Source of the DNA: Octopus bimaculoides
Taxonomy: Eukaryota
Length of the DNA: 64,000 nt
Direction: 5' to 3'
Assembly (NCBI RefSeq): GCF_001194135.2
Contig: NC_068999.1
Coordinates: forward strand, 51,966,758-52,030,757
The notes under the pieces were generated by a model. The model ran no database searches. It saw only the letters and a list, made by a program, of their open reading frames with translations, and was not told the origin of the DNA. A program made the position numbers and the translations under genes. The stretch's first letter is position 1, and every line of letters begins with the position of its first letter. Below, piece after piece: positions 52,476-64,000 of this stretch.

Positions 52476-55400
52476 AAAACTAAGCCTTTATTGAGCTCTT
52501 TCATTCTGTTAATGGTTATTTCATGAAGCGTGGGGGAGAAAAAATAATTATCATTAAATGTAAGAAAAAGAGTCAAACCAAATATTTCGGAGGGATGCAG
52601 AAAGTTACATTATGCAATTATATTTGGGAAGCAGGTGTAGGGAATTTTTTTTAGTACCAGAGCCAAATTGTGAAGAACTTTAAGTTTTACATATCCATAG
52701 GTAAGCAACTTACATTAAATCATTGTTTTAGTCTTAATGTTTAAACTGTTTATTTCTTTTCAGTTTTTTTACAAGTGTTTGGAGCACTTGTACTCTCAAT
52801 GCTTAAAAGCTCAGTGTCTACTTTCACTAAATAGCATTTTTAAATGCTATGTTTTACCAAAACAAAAAAGAAAATGGAAAGAGAATTCGCAACAAATTAT
52901 TTAAACTATACAGAATTATCACCAGTCATGTTTCTGTTTTCTGATAACATCATGTCCCATTAATGTTCTAATCCCAACAAAGATTTTTTTTTTTTTGAAA
53001 ATGTTTGAAATATGAGTATTGTTACTCAATTTAAAAATTCTATTTCTGAGGGGAAAAAATCACGGTCCCTTTAAATAACCAGTGCCCTCAGGTTGCCCCC
53101 GTCCCCACCCCCTTCTAAGTTCTCAATGCTCCTAAGGGATATTACTACTGCCTAGGTTAAGAACCATCGGTTTAAAGACTACATCAGGAGCAGTTTCAAA
53201 TTGATTGTGGGTGAAATTATGCCTTTGGGCAATGAAAGTTTCCCAACACTTGTAAAGTGAAACCATGGCTCAATGAAGAACGTTTAATACTTAAATTATT
53301 GTTTTACTTATCAAATGACTTTATGGGTTTTTTTGTTTTTGTCTTTTTTTCTTCCTCCTTTTAGTTTTGTTGTTTATTTTTCCTTATAAATTAAAAAGTA
53401 TATATTTGAAGTTTAACATTTTATTCTTAACAATGTAGTGAACTACATTAACCTTGAAGAAATAATATTCAGCAAGGTGAAAGAAAAGTTTCTTTTGCTG
53501 TGTTAGTCATAATTAGTCAGTCATATTTTACTCTGTGTAGTCAATCATAGCTTACTGTAATGTTAATGTCATATCATTCTCATACGTAAGTCATATGTAA
53601 TGTTTTATGTTAGTATATGTTATTGTTATGTACAGTCAGTTATATATAACCTGTCATAGTTAGTCAATCATATGTGGTTAGTCAAACAATTAGTCATATG
53701 TTACTGTCATACATAGTTATATGTTGCTGCCATATGTAGTCAATTATATTATCGCGTGTATTTGGTCATATATGTGCATGTATGTCTGCACTGTGTTTTG
53801 GCAGTATTTTGTAAGTGTATTTGTAAATTTGTGAATGATTTTACTGCATATTTTCCCGAAACAAAGCATTCTTTGACATTCAGTCTGTATTTGAATCAGT
53901 ATTTTACTAAAAGAAAGCTTGCTACCTAATGTAAATGTCATTGAGGTGTAGCTAAAAATTATAGTGGATCCCTAAAGTGGATAAAATTGATTCAATCTGA
54001 TCTAGTAACCTAGTCTTAACTGGTTGATTTGCTAAGTAGGAAAGAGCTATAATAATAACTTTTAAATAAATGATTTTTAAGAAGTCTTCAAGCGCCATAC
54101 TTCAAGTAGTATCTTGAAAGTAATCTAAGAACTTTTACATTTTGGAAATAGTTCATTGTTTTGCTCTAAGCAGACTGACTGTGGTAGTTGGAAGAGCATG
54201 TATTCTGGTCTTCATTTAGATTGAAGTTTAGATGATAAATCAAACCATCTGCATTTAAGATATTGATCTATGTTTCAAAAGAAATAGAATCTTCACAAAT
54301 TAATGAAAAATATATATTTGTTGCTTTATTAGTTCATATGTTAACTTATGCTTAAATTCCCAGAATATTAATGTCATGTTCTATATTTGCCAAGATGTCT
54401 AGTGTATCAGTAAATAGATTTGTATTGCAGGACATAAAAAATGTTTCCAATTTTTCATAATAAATTTAATATTTAAAAATGAAAGAAATGGAGTTTTTTT
54501 TTTTTTTTTTGTAAGTGATATCAGAAAACAATTTATGTTGTACAAAACTACATTTATTATGTGATTGTATGAGCATCACTTCAAGATACCAATGCTAAAT
54601 TTTCAAAGAGGTAACAAAAATGCAGTTTATCAACTTCATTAAATGCAATTTTGAAACTTTTACGAGCTTTCTATCTAACAAAAAAAAAAAATTTTTTTAA
54701 ATACAATTTATTTTTATTTTTCTATAAAATAAAAAAAAATGAGTTGAGTTTTTTCCTTGTTAATTGAGATATTTATGTTGCAAAATAGAAATATCAAGTT
54801 GTGATCTAATATTTAAAAAAAAATATTTTTAAAAATCTTGTTGCTTTATTTTTAATTCTGTTAATCTTATTATTTTATTATTATTATTTTTTTTTACCGT
54901 AAAATATTCTTTATATCTTACTCCGTTCCTCAATAGCTTGTACATGTGATGAATGATAAAGTTTAAGTGATAACAACTGTCCCTTCTTACAGTTAATAAA
55001 TATAAAGATTTAGCTAAATCAGGCCCTTGCCAATAATATATACAAAAAAAAAAACTAAAAAAAAAAGACAATGATTGTTTTCACCCTCACCTATATGTGT
55101 TGATTTTTTATCAATATTGTCTTGAAAGTATCTGGAATATTTCTCTCCATATCTACCATTCTGTATTTTCTATGTTGTTTATCTATATGCTAAATTCTCT
55201 TTGTTCTATTAACATTCAACACTTACCATTTCAAAATTGGGACCAGTGAAGTAACAGACATTTTCTAACATAAAATGATTGAGAAAGAAAAAGAAAAGAG
55301 AGAAACTTTTCCACATACATAGAAAAAGAGGTGATGTGTGGGGTGGGGGAGTAAATTTGTTTCCAAATCAAATACGTCTTTCATTTTTTTCTTTTATGGT

Positions 55401-56149
55401 GGGTTTGGTTCCTGGGATTTCAGTAGATACATTTCTAAAGACTTTTTTGTTTCTAAATCAAGATCATTTGGTTATAAATAGAATCCTAAATGTTGAAATT
55501 CTTCCACACAACTTTCTTGAAAATGTCTTTTCAAAAATAACCATTCCAAAATGCTTCTCAGATGTCTTCTATCATCGTATTTTACCAATTTTTTTCTCTA
55601 AAGTCTTGTATTTCTGTTTCTTTTGTTTTTTTTCTTTCTACGTGAATGGTACTCATCTTACAATGTAGTTATTATATCAAAAGCATTATGGCTAGCTAAT
55701 ATTCAAAATAAATTTCTTTAATGTAACTAAAAGATGATGTTTCACTGCCTTTTGATATGTTTGTTGGTGTATGAATGTAATAATGGATATAATAAGAACA
55801 TCATGTTAAATCTGTGATGCATTCCGATAAGTCTTACACCCAAAGACAACAGTTCTTATATAGAAATCAGTACTTCATTTCCCTGCATATCTTGATATTT
55901 TTATAACTGTGAAATTAGCTTTACCAAATTCTTCTCTAGATATTTCATAGACGTTCTGTTTATCAAAATAAAAGTACATATTTAATCCTTTTCCTTGTTT
56001 ATTATAATTTTCTCTGGATGGCAATATTCATTAACTAATTAAACTATTTGGCAACTGAAATAACAACTGAGTAGATATAGCATAGTGGGGGGGCAGTAGG
56101 GGAGATCTGGGTCTGCTGTAGGCAATATGTGTCTTTTGTGGGGTCTGGG

Positions 56150-56370
56150 GTGCTGGGCAAGATGCTTAGCAGTATTTCGTCTGCCGCTACATTCTGAGTT
56201 CAGATTCTGCTGAGGTCCACTTTGCCATTCATTCTTCTGGGCTCAATTAAATAAGTACCAGTTATGTATTGGGGTCGATGTAATCAACTTAATCCGCTCC
56301 CCCAAGCTGCCCTTGTGGCAAAAATTTGAAATCATTATTATTATCATTATTATTATTATTATTATTATTA

Positions 56371-56416
<46 letters not shown>

Positions 56417-56909
56417 AGCTTGCAGAATCATTAGCACACTAGACAAAATGCTTAGCAGTATTTCATCCATCTTTATATTCTGAGTTCAAATTCCATGGAG
56501 GTCAGCTTTACCTTTCATCCTTTCACGGTCGATAAATAAGGACCAGTCAAGTACTATGGTTGATGTAATCAACTTCCCCCTCCCCTCAAAAACTGCTGAC
56601 CCAGCACCAAAATCTGAAAGCATTATTATTATTGTTGCTGTTGTTGTTGTTGTTATTGTGATGGACTGGCAGAATTACTTGAGTGCCAGAAAAAGAATAC
56701 TTTTCCCTATTTGTTCTGGCTTTTTATGTTCTGAATCCAAATCTTGCCAAGGTCAGCTTAGCATTTCATTGTATTGTGCGAGTCAATAAAATAATGTAGC
56801 AGTGAAGTACTGGGGTTGACGGTATTGCCCAACCCCATTTCCCTCCAAATTTGTGGCCTTGTGCCTATATCAGAAGTCATTGCCTTTATTGTTGTTGTTG
56901 TTGTTGTTG

Positions 56910-56985
<76 letters not shown>

Positions 56986-57100
56986 GGCAGTGAGTTGGAA
57001 GAATTGCTAGCATGCCAGGCAAAATGCTTACTGGCTTTTCGTTTGTCCTTACTTTCTGAGTTCAAATTCTGCCAAGGTCAACTTCGCCTTTCATCTTTCC
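56150..57100 (+). mobile_element. Head-to-tail array of four family B SINEs separated by (ATT)n/(GTT)n
   Basis: Units at about 56150, 56414, 56650 and 56983. Confidence 0.78.
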
Positions 57101-57809
57101 CTCACCCCTGTGGGTTTCTTTTTCTTTTCCTTTGGAATATTATTAAATAATAATAGAAAAAGCATATAAATTTCAGGATTTCTTCCTTTTTACATAGATT
57201 GGGAAAACATTTGTAAGAAAGCCATTTTAGTTTTTCTTTTATTTTAAACTAGCATTCACCATGTTTTTTTCTAAGAATGGTAATTATAATTTATGAACCA
57301 TTGTAGTTTGAAATGGCAATTGTAACATTGTATTTAATGTTGAGATTGTTCTTTTCTTCTTCCTGCCCCACGAAACACCCTTCACTCGATACTTTTTTTT
57401 TTTATCTATATAGATCAATCTACATTTTCTGCTCTACATTTCTCTGTGGTCCGACATTATTCTGGAACCAGTAGTATTTATTGTTCTTCTGCTCAGGTTG
57501 TCATTATTCCCAGAAAATCACACACATACAAAAAGGTGGCACTCTATCATGATGTTAGCTGTAATGGTTAAAACAAGCACAAGAACTAAACAATGCACTA
57601 TTTCTGATGTTATTGTCTCAATGTACTTCCAAGTCTCAGTATTCTCTCTCTCTCTCTCTCCTAAACACCCACAAATACACATGCATACACATAGAAACAT
57701 ACCCAAACATATACTGGATTATTATTTGAAAGTCCTTAGCAGCAAAAAAAAGTTGTTTCTCCTTCATTATATTCTTTTCCTGGAGACATAGGTATGCATA
57801 TCTACACAT

Positions 57810-58013
57810 ACATGGTGGTTGTCTACTCCTTAAACAGAGTTTGACCACCTCCTGCACCTACACCTTAGCCCTTTCATGGCGTCTGATGTGGCTTTTTAAA
57901 CCAGACAGTGTTTTGAAAAAACACCCACACAGATTGCACCTCTGATTTGCACTACCAATACCTGCAAGTAAGTTCTGCTCATTGTGGATCCTAACATGTC
58001 TTTTAAGACCCCC
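57810..58013 (-). mobile_element. C2H2 zinc-finger fragment, probably the 3' end of an RTE-type LINE
   Basis: GLKRHVRIH...CNLCGCFFKTLSGLKSHIRRH (C-x2-C-x12-H-x3-H at 57876-57938), then stop; truncated at 5' by (ATGT)n; no splice acceptor seen. Confidence 0.55.
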
Positions 58014-58124
58014 ATACATACATACATACATACATACATACATACATACATACATACATACATACATACATACATACATACATACACTACATACATGCAT
58101 ACACACACACACACACATTCCTGA

Positions 58125-58285
58125 AGGCAAATTGGCAGAATCATTAGAACAAAATACTAAGCAGTGTTTAATTATGGCTCCTTACATTTTGAGTTCAAAT
58201 CCTGCCAAGACTAACTTTACATTTTATTCTTCCAGGGTTGATAAGATAAAGTACACATCAAGTATTGGGGTCAATTTATATCCCT
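58125..58285 (+). mobile_element. Family B SINE
   Basis: GGCAAATTGGCAGAATCATTAG...GAGTTCAAATCCTGCC. Confidence 0.68.
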
Positions 58286-58318
58286 GTAATGCATCCTAGA
58301 TGTGAATGGGGATATAAG

Positions 58319-58362
<44 letters not shown>

Positions 58363-58451
58363 AAAATTGTATGTAATATAATTTTAATCCTCGGATTTTT
58401 TTAATATGCTAGACCACTGGTTTTAATTGATTAATATCAATTTCTACCCTC

Positions 58452-58508
<57 letters not shown>

Positions 58509-59228
58509 ATGCATGTATATATATGTGTGTGTCTACATATATGTATGTGTATTACTGTTAGTAAATATATAAAAAACAAACAAATCTGCTGCATGACTAA
58601 ACTAAAGAACATGCATGTTTTGAATTAGAAAAATATATATATTTAAAGCAAATAGGAATGTCACACTTGTAATGTTTATCAGAATTGTGCTGTTGATAAT
58701 GCTTTAGACTTTGAAGTAAAATATAAGGAGTCTGTGTGTGTGTGTGTGTGTGTGTGTAGGTTATGTATATACATACATGTGACTGAAAAGTTTGTGTATA
58801 TATATACATATATGTACATACATGCACACACAAATATATATATGTGTGTGTGTGTGTGTGTAGACATTGGTGCAATATGCTCTTCAAATACAATTGTTAT
58901 GAATTAAACAAGCTTACAAGATACAACAAAATTTTAGCATAAATTTGTTTGAATTTAAAATAAAATAAAATACAATATAATAAAAACGAATAAAGTTAGA
59001 CAATGCATTTGAGTTTCATAACATTTAGTTAGAGTAGAATATCTGCTCTACTAATGCATTTATTTCTGTCATTGGTATGCAAAAACAGTTGGGGAATATT
59101 AACTGCTTTTAAATCCACTTTCTCAGCCACCAGTTAATAATACTTCTAAAATATCTGTTTTACTTCTTCCCTCACCCTCACTTTTCTGAATGCATCAAGT
59201 GGTAACTGTTATTTTATGTAGACACTTT

Positions 59229-59355
59229 CTATCCTCGATGTACACACACACACACACACACACACCAAACACACCCTTTTACAGATATGTATTCCCACAA
59301 ATTGCAGTTATCTCTCAATGTAAATGCATATGTGTACATATATAATATATATATA

Positions 59356-59414
<59 letters not shown>

Positions 59415-59425
59415 GTACATACATA

Positions 59426-59456
<31 letters not shown>

Positions 59457-59620
59457 AACACACACATATACATGTGCGTTATAAGTATGTATAAGTACAT
59501 AAACATATGTGTACATATATATTTATATAATTTTTGAAAGAAAATTCTCACTATATTTACCTATATGCACATCAAAATATATATACATATGTGTGTGTAT
59601 ATGTATATGTATAAATACGT

Positions 59621-59656
<36 letters not shown>

Positions 59657-59820
59657 GTGCATGAGTGTGTATATAAATATGTATAAATGCGTGTGTATAT
59701 TTATATGTGTGTGGGTATATATATGTAAATGTATATATGCATACACAGAAACATATGCATGTACATGTATACGCATACAAATACATAAGAAAATACACAC
59801 ATACTTACACATACACACCT
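59229..59820. repeat. Compound (CA)n/(TA)n/(TG)n microsatellite field; similar fields at 48170-48430, 49500-50400 and 58010-58860
   Basis: Direct inspection. Confidence 0.92.
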
Positions 59821-60189
59821 AACTTTTTTGTTTATTTTGTTTTTATCTTTCTCCAGCAAGTACTGTCGTTTCAGCCATGGCTGGCTATGTTCGGTCTTTC
59901 TTCTTCACTATATCGTTTGTCTTACCTGTCAGCTCACTACCGCCTCTGCCACGTTAGTAAAGTACAGTGTATGCTGGAGACTACAACATTGATCCATATT
60001 TGATTTGCTGTTTTTGAATCACAGAAAAAAAAAAAACAAACAAAAAGCAGTGAGATGATAACCATTTATCCATAATAGTTGACTCTTGTAAACATTGCCA
60101 TGAATAAATTCCGCTATCGCATATAACCATATTTCTGTCAGTGTTTATATTTCCTTTTGAATTTTGTTTTTATTTTCATTTTCTGTGTT

Positions 60190-60350
60190 TTTTTATTCAT
60201 CATCATCATCATTTAATGTCTGCTTTCCATGCTGGCATGGGTTGGACAATTTGACAGGAGCTGGCGAGGCAGAAGACTACACCATGCTTTGCTTTCTGCT
60301 TTGGCATGGTTTTTATGGCTGGATGTCCTTCCTAACACCAACCACTCACA
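60190..60350 (-). mobile_element. Family C 3' fragment
   Basis: (ATC)n then CTTTCCATGCTGGCATGGGTTGGAC...TCCTTCCTAACACCAACC. Confidence 0.72.
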
Positions 60351-60388
60351 TTATTTGTATAATTTCAAGAAAACAAAACACAAGCACA

Positions 60389-61150
60389 TACAAGGTTCAT
60401 TCTAGAAGACTTCAGACTTCTCCAGGACAGACATTTATTAATTTCAGAGAAGTACAAAGCTCTAATCTCCTTCAATGTAGGATCTTTTGATTTTAAAGCA
60501 CCTGTTGTAGTACTCCGGTGACTTCATGAAGGCACCATAGAAGTCATCCAAAGTTAAAATGTCCAGGACCTTTGTCACAGCTTCCCTCATCTTCGAAAAG
60601 ACTGTCCCAGAAGTTCTTCAGCTTGGAGAACAACCAAAAAGTCACAGAGAGCAAGGTCTGGAAAGTAGGGAGGATGAGGAATAATTTTGATACTCATCTC
60701 TATCAAGCAGCTGGCTACCAGGACACTCATCACTGAGTACTCTAGGAACAAACTTTTGCACAAATTTTTCACATACTGAAATCTTCATGAATAATTCTGC
60801 ATGTAGTTGCCACATGCCAACTCCAAACTTTTTGCCTGTTGTCTTTACAGACACATCACAGTCTTCATCCGGAAAATTGTGAATTTTCTCAACTAACTCT
60901 GATGTTCTGATGTCCTCCCTCATGACCTCTCATTGTTTCTCACATCCTCTCTACCACTCTTGAACCTCTCCTGCCAGTGTAAAAATTAATCTATACAGTC
61001 TGAAGTAGTCCAGAAGTTTCTGTAGTGTTTTTTTTTCCTAGTTTAATACAAAACCTTATTACATAGCAAACTCCCAAACGCCCTGACTGCATTCCACAAA
61101 CTAGTCAGCTGTGACAAGCAGTGTTTAGTTGGGTGTGTTCAAAGTGTTAT
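60389..61150 (-). mobile_element. Internally deleted, decayed mariner (Tc1/mariner) transposon
   Basis: Broken translations FCIKLGK, RFKSGRED..NERS, KFVPRVLSD and HPPYFPDLALCDF (mariner YSPDLAP motif); TA plus a TIR-like end at 60389. Confidence 0.8.
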
Positions 61151-61163
61151 ACAGCAGTTCCCT

Positions 61164-61378
61164 TTAACCCTTTCAATATCAACCCGGCTGAAACCGCCTC
61201 TGGCTCTGTAGTATAAATGTCTGGTTTTCATAAGTTTTGAATTAAAATCTTCCACCAAATCTTAGTCACAATTTAGGTTCCTAACACTAGCTGAATGATA
61301 ACTAAGTTATTTTACCAAATTCTTTGTTATATTTAAAATTAACTGAAAGAAACACAGAGCGTCTCAAAATAAATACAT
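61164..61378 (+). mobile_element. piggyBac-like MITE, left part
   Basis: Begins TTAACCCTTTC; no right TIR seen. Confidence 0.5.
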
Positions 61379-61556
61379 TTCTTTCTTTAACTTCTTCCTA
61401 GTTTTTGTTGTCTGCTGAAATAATCGTGTCAACGTACATATAGGAAATTAATTAGTGGTTTCATTAAGTGAATTCACAGGAGGTGAGGATAGGCAAGTAG
61501 GATTAAAACACTCGTGTTCTGTACCCGCAAAAAGCTATACTAGTTACTTCCCTTGA

Positions 61557-62520
61557 NNNNNNNNNNNNNNNNNNNNNNNNNNNNNNNNNNNNNNNNNNNN
61601 NNNNNNNNNNNNNNNNNNNNNNNNNNNNNNNNNNNNNNNNNNNNNNNNNNNNNNNNNNNNNNNNNNNNNNNNNNNNNNNNNNNNNNNNNNNNNNNNNNNN
61701 NNNNNNNNNNNNNNNNNNNNNNNNNNNNNNNNNNNNNNNNNNNNNNNNNNNNNNNNNNNNNNNNNNNNNNNNNNNNNNNNNNNNNNNNNNNNNNNNNNNN
61801 NNNNNNNNNNNNNNNNNNNNNNNNNNNNNNNNNNNNNNNNNNNNNNNNNNNNNNNNNNNNNNNNNNNNNNNNNNNNNNNNNNNNNNNNNNNNNNNNNNNN
61901 NNNNNNNNNNNNNNNNNNNNNNNNNNNNNNNNNNNNNNNNNNNNNNNNNNNNNNNNNNNNNNNNNNNNNNNNNNNNNNNNNNNNNNNNNNNNNNNNNNNN
62001 NNNNNNNNNNNNNNNNNNNNNNNNNNNNNNNNNNNNNNNNNNNNNNNNNNNNNNNNNNNNNNNNNNNNNNNNNNNNNNNNNNNNNNNNNNNNNNNNNNNN
62101 NNNNNNNNNNNNNNNNNNNNNNNNNNNNNNNNNNNNNNNNNNNNNNNNNNNNNNNNNNNNNNNNNNNNNNNNNNNNNNNNNNNNNNNNNNNNNNNNNNNN
62201 NNNNNNNNNNNNNNNNNNNNNNNNNNNNNNNNNNNNNNNNNNNNNNNNNNNNNNNNNNNNNNNNNNNNNNNNNNNNNNNNNNNNNNNNNNNNNNNNNNNN
62301 NNNNNNNNNNNNNNNNNNNNNNNNNNNNNNNNNNNNNNNNNNNNNNNNNNNNNNNNNNNNNNNNNNNNNNNNNNNNNNNNNNNNNNNNNNNNNNNNNNNN
62401 NNNNNNNNNNNNNNNNNNNNNNNNNNNNNNNNNNNNNNNNNNNNNNNNNNNNNNNNNNNNNNNNNNNNNNNNNNNNNNNNNNNNNNNNNNNNNNNNNNNN
62501 NNNNNNNNNNNNNNNNNNNN
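61557..62520. other. Largest assembly gap; others at 8825-9106, 16863-16991, 20158-20167, 22221-22553, 26498-27181, 31342-31351, 36460-36786, 41708-42139, 44020-44636, 46038-46047, 46729-46877, 48198-48213, 52221-52274
   Basis: N runs. Confidence 0.97.
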
Positions 62521-62805
62521 TCCACAGACACGTGTACCCTTAACGTAGTTCTCTGGGATATTCAGCGTGACAGTGTGACAAGGCTGACCCTTTGAATTAC
62601 AGGTACAACAGAAACAGGAAGTAAGAGTGAGAGAAAGTTGTGGTGGAAGAGTACAGCAGGGTTCGCCACCATCTCCTGCCGGAGCCTCGTGGAGCTTTAG
62701 GTGTTTTCGCTGAATAAACACTCACAACGCCCGGTCTGGGAATCGAAACCGCGATCCTATGACCGCGAGTCCGCTGCCCTAACCACTGAGCCATTGCGCC
62801 TCCAC
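62521..62805 (-). mobile_element. tRNA-Arg-derived SINE (octopus OR-type), cut by a gap
   Basis: A box TGGCTCAGTGG, anticodon-like loop CTCGCGG (TCG), B box GTTTCGATTCC, CpG-rich body. Confidence 0.8.
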
Positions 62806-63582
62806 AACATGCAGGAACAGCCTGGAGATTAGCACGAAGAGTTATGTTGTTCATAATCCAAACCGTTTAATGTTTCATAAACTGATTCTGTACAGATGAG
62901 TTTAATTTAAAGAAAGAATTTCTACATAGTCACTTTCCCTGAACAATGTATCGATCAAATTGCTCCACCAACAGAAACTAGATAATCAACCGTAACTCCA
63001 ACACTTCCAAACGCGAAAGGTAATTTCAAATGAATATATAAGACACTGCATTCATTCTGAAAGCTATCGAACATTCTAAAATATCATCTTGCTTAATCGA
63101 GTGTTATCTCATTTCTGAGGCTTAGTATCCTGATATCAAATCTAAACATTTTTCCCGTGTCTTCAATTTTCTTTTACTGGGAGAATCTTAAGATTCTGTG
63201 CAAGAAATAGCTTTTCTCCAAATTACCTATCACAGTTATCTCCCCTGCACTGCACAGTCATTCTCTCAGCTTGTTCCATTGTTATCCTTGTAGTTTTTGG
63301 TTTCACATCCACTAAATCATATTTGACTCATTTCTCTTCAGATTTCTTCCCTCAATATTCACGTATGACTGTCGTATGAGATCGCATAACTTTGTTGAAA
63401 AGTCTCTTCTGCTGCATGGTCCACCCTATTTTGTTTATGTCTTCTTCAGAAGCTTCCCCACCTTTATCTGGGTAAGCAAGGTCTTTCACATTCATTCATC
63501 AATTCTTTAATTTCTGATATATATATTACAACTCATCACGTGGGGATAATCGAAATTCCTCCCTTTCTGTTACTATATATAT

Positions 63583-63770
63583 ATTGCTTCTCGGCCTTTT
63601 GGCTGAGATCAAAGTGAAGTATCTGTTCTTAGCTTAATAGCTGATACAGTCCCTACTTGGGACCATCAGTGTTAAACTGGTTTTTAGAACAAGGCAATGA
63701 TTTGGGGGTTTGCTCTGCCTTTGCTACGGGTTGGCTTAGTATTGCAGTACTTCCAGGATTTAGCCCATCT
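63583..63770 (+). pseudogene. U2: Full-length U2 snRNA-like copy with lesions (probable pseudogene or variant)
   Basis: ATTGCTTCTCGGCCTTTTGGCTGAGATCAAAGTGAAGTATCTGTTCTT...GTATTGCAGTAC...GCCC is colinear with U2. Branch-recognition GTAGTA reads GAAGTA, about 3 nt of stem IIa are missing, and the Sm site reads GGTTTTTAG. Confidence 0.85.
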
Positions 63771-63789
63771 CCCACCCGGAGACACAAAT

Positions 63790-63960
63790 TAATAGGCACA
63801 GGAGTGGCTGGGTGGTAAGAAGCTTGCTTCCCAACCACATGGTTCCCAGTTCAGTCCCACTGCATGGCACCTTGGGCAAGTGTCTTCTACTATAACCTTG
63901 GGCAAACCAAGCCTTGTGAGTGAATTTGGTAGACGGAAACTGAAAGAAGCCCATTGTATA
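63790..63960 (+). mobile_element. Family A SINE, well preserved
   Basis: GGCACAGGAGTGGCTGGGTGGTAAGAAGCTTG...GAAACTGAAAGAAGCCC. Confidence 0.85.
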
Positions 63961-64000
63961 TATATGTATATATAGTTGGAATTTACAAAAAAAAAAAAAA

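Noticed and set aside
59905-59998. Minus-strand CAG|GTAAGA donor with an upstream ATG
   Set aside because: Stops in all frames and no partner exon.
8677-62721. Long ORFs in the track spanning N runs or TA/CA microsatellites (for example 43927-45045, 61540-62721, 48065-48553)
   Set aside because: Artefacts of gaps and stop-free dinucleotide repeats (YI/CV/HT runs).
62730-62805. tRNA-Arg(TCG) gene
   Set aside because: Imperfect cloverleaf continuing into a SINE body; it is a SINE head.

Overview
AT-rich, microsatellite- and SINE-dense eukaryotic DNA with 14 N-gaps. The repeat content (tRNA-Arg-headed OR-type SINE, CORE-like SINEs, long TA/CA tracts) suggests an octopus assembly; this is inference. 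The only host gene I can support is the 3' part of a Rab6 GTPase on the + strand: exons 2557-2650, 3913-3976 and 43872-43939, ending GCSC-stop. The last intron (3977-43871, about 39.9 kb including gaps) has a U12-type donor (GTATCCTT) and a consensus U12 branch site (TTTTCCTTGAC) 16 nt before the AG, so it appears to be a giant minor-spliceosome intron. Inside it are a duplicated U12 donor, an open 45-codon read-through tail, a second acceptor and several candidate micro/alternative exons. It also holds long fold-back hairpins and a tRNA-headed element whose inverted arms each carry a minimal Penelope-type hammerhead ribozyme fold. The rest is TE debris (RTE, R4/Dong-like, mariner, piggyBac-like MITEs, three SINE families) plus a full-length, damaged U2 snRNA copy at 63583-63770. 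Repeat coordinates are approximate and family names are from recognition by eye, not database searches.
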